DNA of 64,000 nt, taken from positions 41,542,001-41,606,000 of the forward strand of contig OZ076409.1 of NCBI GenBank assembly GCA_964187785.1. Reading direction: 5' to 3'. Source of the stretch: Amphiscolops sp. MND2022 (Eukaryota). A program made the position numbers and the translations under genes. The notes under the pieces were generated by a model, which was not told the origin of the DNA, did no database searches, and was given only the letters and a program-made list of their open reading frames with translations. Shown one piece after another: positions 63,370 to 64,000 of the stretch (position 1 is its first letter; each line of letters starts with the position of its first letter).

Positions 63370-64000
63370 GTAACCCAGACGATGAATGACACTGGAAAGT
63401 CTTTTTGGAAACGAATTGAATTTTTTGAATTTACTCGTCGGGGATGGCATAAAATTCCTTCTCTATTTTTGCCCATAATTCGTGTATTGTCACAAATTTC
63501 GGGTGTAAACGGCGTTTTTGAGGACGTGCTATACATTCTCAATGAGATTGAGGTCATGCGATAAACGGGGATGAATCAGGAATGATTGCAATATCCTCTT
63601 CCAGAACTATTTTTAACGTCCTGAGATGACAAGGGGCGTTGTCCAGTTGTAGAAAAGTTGCCTCTTCCATTTATTGCACATTACACCGATCAAGAATATC
63701 CATGTAAATTTTATCATTCATGTCAAGTCGCACAATCGTACGCAGGCCAGAACTCCAAATCGCACCCCAGATCATCAATGTTTTGGATTTTTTTTGAACC
63801 ATTTGAAGCTACATATCGCAACTTGTAGTGCTCATTTTTGCCTGTTGGGCGTCGCACGTATTGCCTCCTTCGTGGCCTGAGCTCAAATATGACTCATCCA
63901 AAAATACCAATTTTTTGAAAACTTGGTCGGCGGTTTTCGCATATTGCTTGCACCATGCAACTGGCACCTGTCGGTGACTGTAAGATAATTTAGGGGATAT
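63370..64000 (-). pseudogene. Tc1/mariner transposase relic (runs to the window edge)
   Basis: LVFLDES, LMIWGAI, QLDNAPCH and SHDLNLIENV (Tc1 DDE motifs), with stops and frameshifts. Confidence 0.88.

Overview
AT-rich, transposon-dense eukaryotic DNA, most likely from an invertebrate animal; the species cannot be determined from the sequence alone. Three host genes are recognisable: MRPL24 (+, 2 coding exons, 11257-13083), an Amt-family ammonium transporter (-, 6 coding exons, 34259-28824), and, divergent from it, the N-terminal exons of an Enhancer-of-zeste (EZH1/2)-like gene (+, from 35512; no CXC/SET exons seen). The rest is largely nested, decayed mobile DNA: three CR1/L2-type LINEs, hAT and Tc1 transposase relics, hAT, Mutator-like and pogo-like MITEs with TSDs, at least four non-autonomous Helentron/DINE-like families, an orphan env plus LTR start, and a ~3 kb segmental duplication. 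Two observations stand out. (1) A near full-length BEL/Pao LTR retrotransposon (18016-25099) carries an antisense JmjC 2-oxoglutarate/Fe(II) dioxygenase gene between pol and the 3' LTR; it has an HxD...H triad, a basic NLS-like tail, and is bracketed by duplicated PPT motifs. (2) The first coding intron of the ammonium transporter is exactly a hAT-type MITE plus one 8-bp TSD, with a predicted GC-AG splice that restores the pre-insertion frame (introner-like intron gain). All assignments were made by eye from motifs; no searches were run.
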